Part shown: positions 20,395 through 30,950 of the stretch, one piece after another
Numbering within the stretch: the stretch's first letter is position 1
Layout: each line of letters opens with the position of its first letter
Source of the DNA: Candidatus Cloacimonadales bacterium
GTDB lineage: Bacteria > Cloacimonadota > Cloacimonadia > Cloacimonadales > JAIOQZ01
NCBI GenBank assembly: GCA_963665815.1
Contig: OY762463.1
Span: 1,600,001-1,664,000, forward strand
DNA length: 64,000 nt
Reading direction: 5' to 3'
Notes under the pieces: model-generated
What the model was told of the DNA's origin: nothing
The model's input: only the letters and a program-made list of their open reading frames with translations
Databases searched by the model: none
Made by a program: the position numbers and the translations under genes

Positions 20395-21864
20395 CTACTC
20401 ATATTCCTTGAGCAATCCTGTTTTTTCATTAAATTCCTCAATCTCTTTATCCCACTCATCCACAAGATCATATTTGCTGTCCCAGTATTTCTTATCATAC
20501 CACTGAGCATTTAGTTCATCAAGATCATAATCCTGTTGTTCAATCCAGGTAAAATACTTCAGATTATGCATACGCTTTTTATCGTAATATGACAATTCAA
20601 GTAAATTATCTGTTGAGACAGTCAGAAGCTGAGAATAATAGTCTATTGCTGCTCTTTCTGAGGAGTAATCTCCATCGGCTTCCTGTGCTTCTCTCATTCT
20701 GGAACCGTACATTTCCATTGAATCAGTAGCAACAGTAAACAAGCAGTCATTCTCATCCATTTCGTAGTATTTGGCTGTCTTAATACATGTCAGCACATTT
20801 GCTATAGACGAAATCCCGAATAAATCAAGTTTTTCCAGAATACCTTCCGGGACACCTTTAGATTTGAGAAATTCTTTACCAGCCTCTTCATTGAATAGTC
20901 TCATCAGCTTCATTACTCTATCATCGTCAATATCCGCAACCATATCCATATTTTTGAGGTTATGAATCCATGGAACGTGTTTATCGCCAATCCCTTCAAT
21001 TCTGTGACCACCATATCCATTATACAATAATGTAGGACATTGTAGAGCCTCTGAGCAGACAACTTTTGTCTGAGGATATTCTTTTCTGAGATAGTCTGCA
21101 CAACCAAGAGTTCCTGCTGAACCTTGTGTCAGACATACACCTGAGAAAGTAGAATCAGCTGTTTTATTAGCATCAAAAACTTCCTGCATGGCTTTTCCGG
21201 TAACATGATAATGCCAGAGAGAATTACCGAATTCAGCAAATTGATTGAGTACTACAATCTCGTCACCACGTTCGTTCTTCAGACGCTTTGTTTCGTCATA
21301 GATTTCTTTTACATTAGATTCACAGCCGGGGGTTCTGATTACTTCTGAACCAACTTTTTCCAGCCAGTCAAAACGTTCCTGAGACATCTCCATTGGCAGA
21401 ACAGCAATCGAATGACACCCTAACAGATATGAGTCATAAGCTCCTCCACGGCAATAGTTACCTGTTGAAGGCCAGAGTGCTTTCTGAGTTGTAGGATCGA
21501 ATTTTCCACTTACCAGTTTTTCTACAAGCGGTCCAAATGTTGCACCGACTTTATGTGCTCCGGTTGGGAAAAACTTACCAAGCAGAACAAATATTCTTGC
21601 TTTTACGCCAGTGATTTCAGAAGGCAGTTCAACATAGTTCACTCCACCAAAACCGCCACCTGCTTTTACAGGTTCGTTTTTCCAGGTAATTCTGAACAGA
21701 TTAAGAGGATGCAGATCCCATAATTCAAGTTCTTTCAGCTTCTGCTTAATTTTTCCAGGTATCAGTTCAGGATTCATCATCTGTTTATAAGTTGGAATAA
21801 TGATTCCTTTTTCTCTACAGCGTTTAATTGTATTTTCAAGTATCTGCTTTTCTTTATTAGTCAT
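20395..21864 (-). CDS. Fold-type II PLP-dependent enzyme (cysteine/threonine synthase superfamily), extended type
   Basis: PTGAHK (PLP Lys), PSTGNY, QGSAGT, HRIEGIGDKH. Confidence 0.85.
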   Translation of the reverse strand: MTNKEKQILENTIKRCREKGIIIPTYKQMMNPELIPGKIKQKLKELELWDLHPLNLFRITWKNEPVKAGGGFGGVNYVELPSEITGVKARIFVLLGKFFPTGAHKVGATFGPLVEKLVSGKFDPTTQKALWPSTGNYCRGGAYDSYLLGCHSIAVLPMEMSQERFDWLEKVGSEVIRTPGCESNVKEIYDETKRLKNERGDEIVVLNQFAEFGNSLWHYHVTGKAMQEVFDANKTADSTFSGVCLTQGSAGTLGCADYLRKEYPQTKVVCSEALQCPTLLYNGYGGHRIEGIGDKHVPWIHNLKNMDMVADIDDDRVMKLMRLFNEEAGKEFLKSKGVPEGILEKLDLFGISSIANVLTCIKTAKYYEMDENDCLFTVATDSMEMYGSRMREAQEADGDYSSERAAIDYYSQLLTVSTDNLLELSYYDKKRMHNLKYFTWIEQQDYDLDELNAQWYDKKYWDSKYDLVDEWDKEIEEFNEKTGLLKEYE

Positions 21865-23278
21865 TATCTGTTTCCTCCTCTATCAATAATTCATCTGTTT
21901 TCGTTAAGTTGGAGTCAATAGCTTTTGTAGCCTTTGCCCCAAGCTTTTTAATATTCTCTGCACGCCTTACAAGATTGCCCCGTCCGGTACTAAGTTTGTT
22001 CATCGCTCCATCATAAGTCTTTTGAACAGTATCCATCTGAGCACCAATCTTCTTCAGATCTTCAGTAAAAGCCACAAATTTATCGTATAGCTTTCCGCTT
22101 TCCTGTGCAATTTCCAGAGCATTCCTGCTTTGGTTTTCCTGCTGCCATAAGAAACTGACAGTCCTCATACTCACAAGCAGATTTGTAGAACTTACAAGCA
22201 CAATCTTTCTATCATAAGCATATTTGTATAACTCAGGAAACTCTCTCAATGCAAGAAAATAGCAGCCTTCAATCGGAATAAACATAAATACCAGATCAAG
22301 CCCGTCTATAGCTGTTGTATAATGCTTTGAATGCAATCCGTCAATATGAGCTTTAAGTGACACATTCAAGTCTTTCAAAGCAGATGCTCTTTGCTCATCA
22401 GTTTCTGCAGACACATACTTTTCGTAGGCAATGAGCGAGACTTTCGAGTCAATAATGATGTGCTTTTCTCTTGGGAGCTTCACCATTACATCCGGTTGAA
22501 CCTGTTTTCCTTCACTGTTTTTCAATCCCATTCCGGCTGATTGCGGTACATAGTGAATATCTCTTAAGAGTCCGGATTCTTCCAGAAGTCTTTCCAGAAT
22601 CACTTCTCCCCAGTTTCCTTGAGCTTTAACATTACCTTTCAAGGCTTTTGTAAGGTTATTAGCTTCATCACTGAGCTGTTTATTCATATCATTCAACAGC
22701 TTGATATGTTCTGCTAATGATGCATTACGTTTAAGGTTTTCATCATGAGTAGTAGCGATTCTTTTTTCAAATCTCTCGATGTTCTCTTTCAAAGGAGTAA
22801 GAACACTGCTTAGACTTTCCACATTCTGTTCTTTGAACAACTTACTGTTCTCTGTTAGAATTTTTGTAGCGAGATTCTCAAAGTTTACTCTATTCAGTTT
22901 ATTGAGTTCTTCATATTGCTTGTTATTATCTTCCAGTTTTTTTTCGATTTCTTCTTTTCTTGCCTGAATCAAAGTGAATTCTCTTTTCAAAGTATCATAT
23001 TGATGAATCAGTTCCATCAAACGTTTTTCACTTTTAACATAGAGTTCAGTCGTTCCTGAAAGCTTTTCCTGCAGTCGTGCTATTTCATTACCTTGTTCTA
23101 TTACTTCCTGAGTCTTTTTATCATATTCAGTATCTTTAAGATTTATTTTTTTATCCAGTTCTGCACTAAGTTCCTGATAAACCTTCAGTTTTGCAACAGT
23201 TCGCCATAAGCTTGCCATAATGCCAAGCACAACTAAGGTCACAAAACCCAGAAGCATACTCAGAATTTCGTAGTTCAT
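21857..23278 (-). CDS. rmuC: DNA recombination protein RmuC
   Basis: QGNWGEVILE, PDV, IIDSKVSL, MFIPIEG, LYDKF, GRGNL. Confidence 0.95.
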   Translation of the reverse strand: MNYEILSMLLGFVTLVVLGIMASLWRTVAKLKVYQELSAELDKKINLKDTEYDKKTQEVIEQGNEIARLQEKLSGTTELYVKSEKRLMELIHQYDTLKREFTLIQARKEEIEKKLEDNNKQYEELNKLNRVNFENLATKILTENSKLFKEQNVESLSSVLTPLKENIERFEKRIATTHDENLKRNASLAEHIKLLNDMNKQLSDEANNLTKALKGNVKAQGNWGEVILERLLEESGLLRDIHYVPQSAGMGLKNSEGKQVQPDVMVKLPREKHIIIDSKVSLIAYEKYVSAETDEQRASALKDLNVSLKAHIDGLHSKHYTTAIDGLDLVFMFIPIEGCYFLALREFPELYKYAYDRKIVLVSSTNLLVSMRTVSFLWQQENQSRNALEIAQESGKLYDKFVAFTEDLKKIGAQMDTVQKTYDGAMNKLSTGRGNLVRRAENIKKLGAKATKAIDSNLTKTDELLIEEETDND

Positions 23279-24270
23279 ATTCTCCCACCCATAGTAAGAG
23301 CCATTAAAGCTTTCTGTACATGGAGTCTGTTTTCTGCTTCCTGATATACAACTGAATGTGGTCCATCAATAACACCGTCAGTTACTTCTTTACCTCTGTC
23401 TGCTGGAAGCGGGTGCATATAGATTGAGTTTCTTTTGGTCAGATCCATCATCTTTTCATCGCATACCCAATCCGGATATTTTTCTATCAACTGAAGTCCT
23501 TCCTGTGTATCTTCAGTTGTTACAAGGGGTCCCCATGACTTAGGAATTACAATATCTGCATCTTCAAAAGCATCTTCGAAATTGTTTGATATTTCAAATT
23601 TGACGCCTGCTTCTTCAGCATTCTTCATAGCAGTTGCTTCTATCTCAGGCATAAGTTTGAACTCAGGTGGATAAGCAAGCGTAACATCCAGTCCGAATCG
23701 GGGCATCATCAGAATAAGACTTTGCGGAACGGAAAGCGGTCTGATATAGTTAGGAGCACTTGTCCACGCAACACCTATCTTCAGTCCACGGGTATTGGTT
23801 CCAAACTTCTCTCTGATTGTCATATAGTCGGCAAGAATCTGACATGGATGGTATACATCGCATTGCATGTTTATAACCGGAACGCTGGCATGTTTAGCCA
23901 TATCATTAATATATTTGTTCCCGATTTTGTAATCACAATGTCTTATTGCAATACCTTCACCATATGAAGAAAGAACTTTTGCAGTATCTTTATTACTTTC
24001 ACCATGTGAAATCTGAGTTTTTTCCGGAGACAGAAAAACAGCATGACCGCCAAGCTGGTTCATTCCTGTTTCGAAGGAGTTTCTTGTTCTTGTTGATGAA
24101 AAGAAAAACAGCATATAAAGAGTTTTATAAAGCAGATAAGGATGCGGAGTTCCGATAGCATGCTTTTTCTTCAGGTCTGCAGCAACTTCAAAAATAGTAT
24201 TGAGTTCATCAACTGACCAGTCCTGAGTCGTAATAAAATCTTTTCCTTTCAAGTTAGTAATCATTGTCAT
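23275..24270 (-). CDS. Knotted carbamoyltransferase, YgeW-like (OTC superfamily)
   Basis: SSTRT, HPCQ, HPLP, plus YgeW-type 'PLSVPQ..I.MM.RFG' and 'DADIV.PKSW'. Confidence 0.8.
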   Translation of the reverse strand: MTMITNLKGKDFITTQDWSVDELNTIFEVAADLKKKHAIGTPHPYLLYKTLYMLFFFSSTRTRNSFETGMNQLGGHAVFLSPEKTQISHGESNKDTAKVLSSYGEGIAIRHCDYKIGNKYINDMAKHASVPVINMQCDVYHPCQILADYMTIREKFGTNTRGLKIGVAWTSAPNYIRPLSVPQSLILMMPRFGLDVTLAYPPEFKLMPEIEATAMKNAEEAGVKFEISNNFEDAFEDADIVIPKSWGPLVTTEDTQEGLQLIEKYPDWVCDEKMMDLTKRNSIYMHPLPADRGKEVTDGVIDGPHSVVYQEAENRLHVQKALMALTMGGRI

Positions 24271-24437
24271 CCTCCTCTATTTGTAATATTATGATAACAC
24301 AAAATATTATCACAATGCTCAGGAAAGTCAAATTATTTAATGTTTCTTTTAGCAGGTAATTTCAAACTACTGATTTATCAAACAATTTATTGACATAAAA
24401 ACATTTCTTCAGACAACTTATAGACAAGGAGCTTTGT

Positions 24438-27400
24438 ATGAAAAATATTAAATCATTGAATGTATTTTATGTTCTTGTTATTCTACTCACTACACTTAAT
24501 CTGTATGGAGTAACATCTGAGATTTCAATCATTAAAACCAACTTTCATCATGAAAACGATTTCTCTATACCTGAGCTGAATGAAAATCAATATATAGATT
24601 TCGAACAAGGTAATCCTTCCATACCTGTGCAGACTTACTGGTTTCTGCTTGAGCAGAACCAAAAAATTTCACATGCGGATGTGAAAGTACTATCCTCTTT
24701 TTCCGAAGAACTGGAATACCCTCTATTGCCTGTGCAAAAACAGTCTCCTATCAGCCTGAAAACTCAAGTTGAGGTTACCAGAGCTTACAACACAGACGTT
24801 TTTCCCGGGAATATTATTTACAGAACAGGCAACGGTTATTCAGGAAGCCGGAATATCGGATTTGTGTCTTTTTATACAGGAAGTTATAATACTGAGACTT
24901 CGGAGTATACCGGATATAATTCTATCCGGATCGATATTGAAACAGAATACTGTAGAACAGAGACATTGCCTGCAAATCTTGTTAGTGATGATGTAACAAA
25001 AATGCTCACAGGTATTGAAGTTTCACAGAACACTTCTCTGGATCACCTGATTATTACTGAAAGACAGTTTACTGATGAATTTCAAAGACTAATTGAATGG
25101 CGAAAATCCCAGGGATACAATTCCAGAATAGCAACAATAGAAAATATTTATTATAATGTACCGGGATCAGACCTTCAGGAAAAAATCAGATCATTTATTA
25201 AATACACAGTCCAAAACAGTAATATAGATTACGTTACTCTTGCCGGTGATACTGATGCTATACCGCATAGAGCTGCATTTGCTTTTGATGCTACTACAAG
25301 TTCAAGTTCGGCTAATGACATACCATGTGATATGTATTACTCATGTCTTGATGGTGACTGGAATGCGAATGGGAATGATGTTTACGGTGAAGATGATGAT
25401 AATGTTGACTATTTCCCTGATGTTTATGTAAGCCGTTTATCAGTTACTGCTTCAGATGAAGTTGAAAACTACATTACTAAGATGATCAACTATGAAAAAG
25501 GAGAGTCTGATAACTACGAAAAGGCGGCGGGATTTTCTATGGAATTATGGTCGGAATCTAATAGTGAATCTGCTCAGCAATATATATACGACAGGTATTT
25601 CCCTCAGAATTTCCAAATTGACTTCCACTATGGGGATAACAACACTGACGAAAATTTCTTTAATACTTTGAATTCATCATATAATATTACTCAACATACA
25701 GGACATGCGAATAAAAATATACTGGCTCTCGGAGATGGTCATTATGTCAGAAACAATGATATTGATATGCTGAACAATGATTTTTGCGGTATGTTTTACA
25801 CTATAGGCTGCTGGTCTGCAGCTATTGACTATGACTCTATAGGAGAAAAGTTCATTACTACGCCAAACAGTTTCAGCGGATATATTGGCAACACAAGATA
25901 TGGCTGGGGAGCTCCCGCATCTCCTGCTTTCGGCTTTTCCGAGTTCTATCAGAAAGCTTTCTTCCGCAACATGTTTGAAAGAGATATCAGGAGAATTGCT
26001 CAGGGTAATGCATTACAGAAACTTGATTTCATCCCATATATGACAGGCACATCCGTGTACAAATGGGTAGCTTATGAGTTAATAGCACTTGGTGATGCTC
26101 CATATAAACTGTATCTGAATAATCCTTCTGAACTGAATGTCACACAAAACCTTGATAGAGACCAGATTGTATTGCATGTTACAGACAATTCAGAACCGGT
26201 TGCAGGCTGCTATGCCGTGCATGGCTACAATTCCGGTTATACTGACTACAATGGAGATATTTCATTCCCTCGTTCTGCAAGTTCTGACTCAATTTCTGTA
26301 TACCATGAAAACTATCAACCATATTCAGAACATGTTGACTCTTCCAATACAGAAGCATTGTTTGAGATTGACTCAAACATACCAGAATTTATATACAGCC
26401 AGGACTCATTAACATTCACTACTACTATTACTAATAACTCGACTGAAGATAAAGCTTTAGATATAGTATACATCTTTGATTCAAACAATGTAGACATTAC
26501 AGCAACATCTTTTCACACTAACGTGAACTCCGGGACACAATCAATGATGGGATTTACAAACGTTAAACTCGCCGAAAACAGTGCTGTCAAACCGGGAGAC
26601 ACAATAACCTTTGACCAGATTCTATATGACAATGACGTAGAGCTGATAAGAAAAAGATACAGCCTTCTCATTAAGGGTTCCCATGTAAGCTGTATACAAT
26701 TCCGTCAGAATTTCAACAGCAGAACGCTTAATTTCAGAGTCGGACTAACCGGTACAGATGCGTTGACAAATCTGGATGTAACCCTTTCTGACAATGACTA
26801 TGTCCATTTCAATCAGAATCAGTGGACTGTAACAGATTTGCAGAGAAGCTATATTGATCTGCAAACCACATTTGATCCCACAATAATTACCCGAGATCAA
26901 AGCAGTGTATACTTAACATTTAATTTTTCTAATAATACGGAAACTTACTCGCTGACACAGGAGATTATTGTTGCTGACGATAACAATATTGTTTATGAAG
27001 ACTTTGAAAGCCTTATAGACTGGCAGCAGGATATTGCCTGGGAGCAAGTGCAGACATTTGCTTATTCTGGAAACTACAGCCTTTCCTGCCATCCTGCAGT
27101 TACAAGCCTACAGATTATTGAAACTCCTGCTTTGACTTTCAGCAATGGTATGGATTTAAGCTTTCAGTATAAATATCAGATGCCCATGTATGGAACTCAT
27201 GGCGTTTTCGTAACTCTTGAGACAGAATCCAGATGCGATACTCTTATCTTCCTTGGAGCAGGAGGAGCTCTTGGAGGAGAAGAAGAGGAATTTGCAATCA
27301 TAGAGTCTGACTGGGCAGAATACAGAATTGATATAAATGACTTCCTGATTGATGATCTGTCAGAAGGAGAAATATTCAGTATAAAACTGGGATTTAATTA

Positions 27401-27800
27401 TGCTGATTCACTTGATGGTTTTGATTACATTTCAGATCCTGAAAACGGTGTTTTCATTGATGAATTCCAATTGGGTTCTACTCCGCAGATTGTTTCAGAA
27501 GACAACCATGAAATTGTAAATAATAATGGAATAAATGTTACATTTAATAATCCTGCATTAATCAGTTCCGGAAATTGCAAATTCAGTATTTCTACTGAAA
27601 AAGCATTGGAATCACTCTCAATTTACAACATTAAAGGTCAGAAAGTGAAATCATGGAAACAAGCTGAACTTGAGGAAAGAAAAAATATTTTCTGGAATTA
27701 TCAAGATAATTCAAGTAAGATCGTTGCTAATGGAGTATACTTCATAAGGGCAAAATCAGCTAATTGTAATAAAACCATGAAGATGGTTATTATCAAATAA
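24438..27800 (+). CDS. Secreted C25 (gingipain-like) cysteine peptidase with C-terminal FlgD-Ig/T9SS-like sorting domain
   Basis: Propeptide 'GNPSIPV', YVTLAGD, CDMYYS.LDG.W, candidate catalytic HTGH and IGC; CTD 'IYNIKGQKVK...GVYFI...KMVIIK'. Confidence 0.88.
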   Translation: MKNIKSLNVFYVLVILLTTLNLYGVTSEISIIKTNFHHENDFSIPELNENQYIDFEQGNPSIPVQTYWFLLEQNQKISHADVKVLSSFSEELEYPLLPVQKQSPISLKTQVEVTRAYNTDVFPGNIIYRTGNGYSGSRNIGFVSFYTGSYNTETSEYTGYNSIRIDIETEYCRTETLPANLVSDDVTKMLTGIEVSQNTSLDHLIITERQFTDEFQRLIEWRKSQGYNSRIATIENIYYNVPGSDLQEKIRSFIKYTVQNSNIDYVTLAGDTDAIPHRAAFAFDATTSSSSANDIPCDMYYSCLDGDWNANGNDVYGEDDDNVDYFPDVYVSRLSVTASDEVENYITKMINYEKGESDNYEKAAGFSMELWSESNSESAQQYIYDRYFPQNFQIDFHYGDNNTDENFFNTLNSSYNITQHTGHANKNILALGDGHYVRNNDIDMLNNDFCGMFYTIGCWSAAIDYDSIGEKFITTPNSFSGYIGNTRYGWGAPASPAFGFSEFYQKAFFRNMFERDIRRIAQGNALQKLDFIPYMTGTSVYKWVAYELIALGDAPYKLYLNNPSELNVTQNLDRDQIVLHVTDNSEPVAGCYAVHGYNSGYTDYNGDISFPRSASSDSISVYHENYQPYSEHVDSSNTEALFEIDSNIPEFIYSQDSLTFTTTITNNSTEDKALDIVYIFDSNNVDITATSFHTNVNSGTQSMMGFTNVKLAENSAVKPGDTITFDQILYDNDVELIRKRYSLLIKGSHVSCIQFRQNFNSRTLNFRVGLTGTDALTNLDVTLSDNDYVHFNQNQWTVTDLQRSYIDLQTTFDPTIITRDQSSVYLTFNFSNNTETYSLTQEIIVADDNNIVYEDFESLIDWQQDIAWEQVQTFAYSGNYSLSCHPAVTSLQIIETPALTFSNGMDLSFQYKYQMPMYGTHGVFVTLETESRCDTLIFLGAGGALGGEEEEFAIIESDWAEYRIDINDFLIDDLSEGEIFSIKLGFNYADSLDGFDYISDPENGVFIDEFQLGSTPQIVSEDNHEIVNNNGINVTFNNPALISSGNCKFSISTEKALESLSIYNIKGQKVKSWKQAELEERKNIFWNYQDNSSKIVANGVYFIRAKSANCNKTMKMVIIK

Positions 27801-28172
27801 TAAACTTGTTTTCGTACTTTGCTTTTTTCTTACTCTGGTTTATTATTTTTATAGAATTTTTTTGTCTTTTTATGCTGATTTATTCATTGTCAGAAATAAA
27901 ATATTTATCATATAGAAAAATAAGCTTTACAAAATAATGGATTAATAATAAAGACTCCTCTAAAGATCTTTAAAAAGATTTGTAACTTATTGTTTCATAG
28001 TTTTCTTTATCTGACTTTGATAATTTTATGAAGTTGTACAGCATGATTATAGATCAGTGTATAACTGCATTTCTCTATATCCAGGTTCAAGTACAGTACA
28101 TCATGACTTTCTCTGTTCAGAAAAAATTTACTTCAACATAAAGTTACGCAAATTAATTACAAGGAGAACAGA

Positions 28173-28445
28173 ATGAGTGTTCACAAAATTTATGTTGGAA
28201 ATATTTCCTACCAAACAACAGAGGAAGACCTTAAAGAGCATTTTGAACAAGCCGGTGAAGTATTAAATGTAAAAATTATTACTGACAGAGATACTGGTAG
28301 AAACCGTGGTTTTGGTTTCATCGAAATGACAGAAGAAGGCGTTAATCAAGCTATCGAAGAACTTAATGACAAAGCCTTCCAAGGAAGAAACCTCAAAGTA
28401 AGCGTTGCTAAAGACAATAATAGAAGACCTAGAAATAACTATTAA
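28173..28445 (+). CDS. RRM RNA-binding protein
   Basis: RNP2 IYVGNI, RNP1 RGFGFIEM. Confidence 0.95.
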   Translation: MSVHKIYVGNISYQTTEEDLKEHFEQAGEVLNVKIITDRDTGRNRGFGFIEMTEEGVNQAIEELNDKAFQGRNLKVSVAKDNNRRPRNNY

Positions 28446-28464
28446 TATAGCAACTTAAAATATT

Positions 28465-28493
28465 AAAGGCTGCGTTTTCGCAGCCTTTTTTTT
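28465..28493. terminator. Intrinsic terminator
   Basis: aaaggctgcg-tttt-cgcagcctttttttt. Confidence 0.85.
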
Positions 28494-28512
28494 ATCTATT
28501 CAAAAGAAGATT

Positions 28513-29205
28513 TCAGTTCTGTTCAATTTCAACATTTCCGGTTTCACATATAATATCAAGATATATTGTACTTAGACTATTACCGAACTTCTCATTAACA
28601 AGAGCATCACCCTTCTCAAAAAATCCCGGAGCTGCAAGCCTGAACATGGATCCTGTTGTTGCAATCTGTACACCTGTCTTTGACGGCACAGATACCTTAG
28701 TATATCCAACACTATTGTGAAGAGTAATAAAAACATCATCGTTAATCATCTCACCAAGAACAAGATTAACCGATCCTACTGCACAGAAAATATCAAGTTT
28801 TCGGAGATCGACATCCTGTAGATTCAGCTTTAAATCTCCGGAATTACATTCAATTTTTATATCTGTAGATTTTCCATTCGGAATACTGATATTCCATTGA
28901 CGCAAGTTCTTTTCCCTGTCAGGAGCTTTCAAACTGAATACACCATCAGCAAAATTTACTTCTGCTGAATCAGCCTGATTGTACCTGTATAGAACAGCAG
29001 AAAGACTATCCTGATCACTGCCGGTAATATTAAGAATTCCTTTATCCAGTTTAAGCTCAACTTTCTTTTTGCCTGTCTCCTGTTCAAAGGCAACAGTTTG
29101 TTTTACCATCTTATCCAGTTCAGCTTCATCAAGTTTTATCTCAATATCGCAGCTGACGAGGAACATTATAGCAATAAGAACAAGTAACAGACGTTTCAGA
29201 CTCAC
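28513..29205 (-). CDS. Putative lipoprotein, toast-rack/LiaF-like beta-solenoid
   Basis: GTG start overlapping the upstream TGA; lipobox LVSC; repeated 'G.L.L.L' strands. Confidence 0.65.
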   Translation of the reverse strand: MSLKRLLLVLIAIMFLVSCDIEIKLDEAELDKMVKQTVAFEQETGKKKVELKLDKGILNITGSDQDSLSAVLYRYNQADSAEVNFADGVFSLKAPDREKNLRQWNISIPNGKSTDIKIECNSGDLKLNLQDVDLRKLDIFCAVGSVNLVLGEMINDDVFITLHNSVGYTKVSVPSKTGVQIATTGSMFRLAAPGFFEKGDALVNEKFGNSLSTIYLDIICETGNVEIEQN

Positions 29206-30107
29206 GATTTGATTTCTCTTAGTTTGTACAATAATGTAGCTGCTCCATAGAAAACACCGGAAACAGCAAGAATGAGCAGTTTCTTCACAGCAAAAATTGC
29301 CTTCCATTCCCGTTTGATTATTTCAGGTATGATTCCTACAACATCAGGAGATAAAGGTTGTGAATTATTATTACCAATATGAATTGGAAAATCTGTAAAA
29401 CTCATTCCCTGAGATACCATTTCCCAGAATCCGGATAATGGTGATATAAGTTTCCAGGAGAAAATAAATTCAAGAACGGAGAAAACTATATCAATTACTA
29501 ACAATATCCCAAGTCCTTTCATGAATGAATAATTCTTGAAGATTGATGAACAGAGAAATGCAAAACTTCCAAGGAATATTGTAGCATTTATCAATGATAA
29601 ATATGATTGAGCCATTCCTACGAATCCCATCTTCCAGTAAATCGTTTTATAGAAAGGATATAAGCTGAGATTAAGTAGAAAATAGTTCACCAGAACTACT
29701 GCAAAAGTAATTACCATAAAACCGAAAATAGAAACAATATATTTTGATAACGTATTAAACCATACTGACACAGGTTGCGTTCTGTAGAAAAGCTCGCACT
29801 TTAATTTAATGTCCAGATTCAGGGCATCTCCACTGACAAACCCAATGAAAATCATGCTGAAAATGGAAATCATAAAAGCTGATACATAGTGCATGAAATA
29901 GAAAAACGGACCACCAATTTCTGCTGAGTTCTCAACAGTAATCTGAGACATGATAATTGCAGGATTAAATGAATCCCCTCTTACTTTCGCTATCAACATT
30001 CCAAGAAGAATCAACACCCAGGTACCTGCTACCAGCATTGCAGGAGCATACATACTTTTTTTAGAAATAATCAGATCTTTTTTTATAAGATAAAGCAGTT
30101 TATTCAT
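29202..30107 (-). CDS. ABC-2 type permease
   Basis: About six TM segments, 'FYRTQPVS....LSK'; follows the ABC ATPase. Confidence 0.8.
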   Translation of the reverse strand: MNKLLYLIKKDLIISKKSMYAPAMLVAGTWVLILLGMLIAKVRGDSFNPAIIMSQITVENSAEIGGPFFYFMHYVSAFMISIFSMIFIGFVSGDALNLDIKLKCELFYRTQPVSVWFNTLSKYIVSIFGFMVITFAVVLVNYFLLNLSLYPFYKTIYWKMGFVGMAQSYLSLINATIFLGSFAFLCSSIFKNYSFMKGLGILLVIDIVFSVLEFIFSWKLISPLSGFWEMVSQGMSFTDFPIHIGNNNSQPLSPDVVGIIPEIIKREWKAIFAVKKLLILAVSGVFYGAATLLYKLREIKS

Positions 30108-30948
30108 CCTGATCCCCTCCAATTTCTGCAAGGAACAGATCAGATAACTGAGGTCTCTTATATTCTGCACCTTCAATTTTTACATCAGATTTAACAATTG
30201 CATGAATTTTTCCCAGAAGATAAGTGACTAACCTTGGTTCTGCTGCAAGTAACTCACCCTTTTTCTCCACTGGCACAATAATGCTTGTGTATTTATCCTT
30301 AAGAACTTCAATATCTTCATAAAGTACAATTTCACCTTCATGAATAAAGATAATATCCTGTAGAATATCTTCAACCTCTTCTACCTGGTGGGTTGAGATC
30401 ATGATTGTTCGTTCTTCATCATAAAACTCACCGAGAATAGTGTTAAAAAACTGTTTTCTGAACACAATATCCAGTCCGAGAGTTGGTTCATCCAACATAA
30501 GAAATTCAACATCAAGAGAAAGAGTTATTAATAAATAGAGCTTTGTCTTCATACCCTTGGAAAGATGTTTGACTTTCTTGTTGAGAGGTATATTGCTTTT
30601 GGTCAGTAGATTCAGAGCTGTTGATTCTTTCCAGTTAGGATTCATCTTAGACACAAATTCCATTGTCTGCTTAACTGTGAGTCTGTCATCCAGACCATTA
30701 ACATCAGGAATGAATGCAACTTTCTCAAAAATCTTGTGATCTCCCGATTTAAGGATATCACCGTAATATTTAACTTCTCCGGTATAATTGAGAAACCCGA
30801 GAATTGATCTCATAAGTGTGGATTTACCTGCTCCGTTCTTTCCCAACAGTCCAATAATTCTTCCACGTGGTATCTTAAGATTTACATTTTTCAGTGCTTC
30901 GAATTTACCGTAACTCTTTGATAAATTTGTTATTTCTAAAAAACTCAT
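30100..30948 (-). CDS. ABC transporter ATP-binding protein (YtrB-like)
   Basis: GKNGAGKST, LSKGM, LDEPT, STH. Confidence 0.93.
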   Translation of the reverse strand: MSFLEITNLSKSYGKFEALKNVNLKIPRGRIIGLLGKNGAGKSTLMRSILGFLNYTGEVKYYGDILKSGDHKIFEKVAFIPDVNGLDDRLTVKQTMEFVSKMNPNWKESTALNLLTKSNIPLNKKVKHLSKGMKTKLYLLITLSLDVEFLMLDEPTLGLDIVFRKQFFNTILGEFYDEERTIMISTHQVEEVEDILQDIIFIHEGEIVLYEDIEVLKDKYTSIIVPVEKKGELLAAEPRLVTYLLGKIHAIVKSDVKIEGAEYKRPQLSDLFLAEIGGDQDE

Positions 30949-30950
30949 TT

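Noticed and set aside
27801-28172. Long AT-rich leader before the RRM gene as a riboswitch or ncRNA
   Set aside because: No recognisable conserved motif or stable structure seen; an Rfam search would be needed
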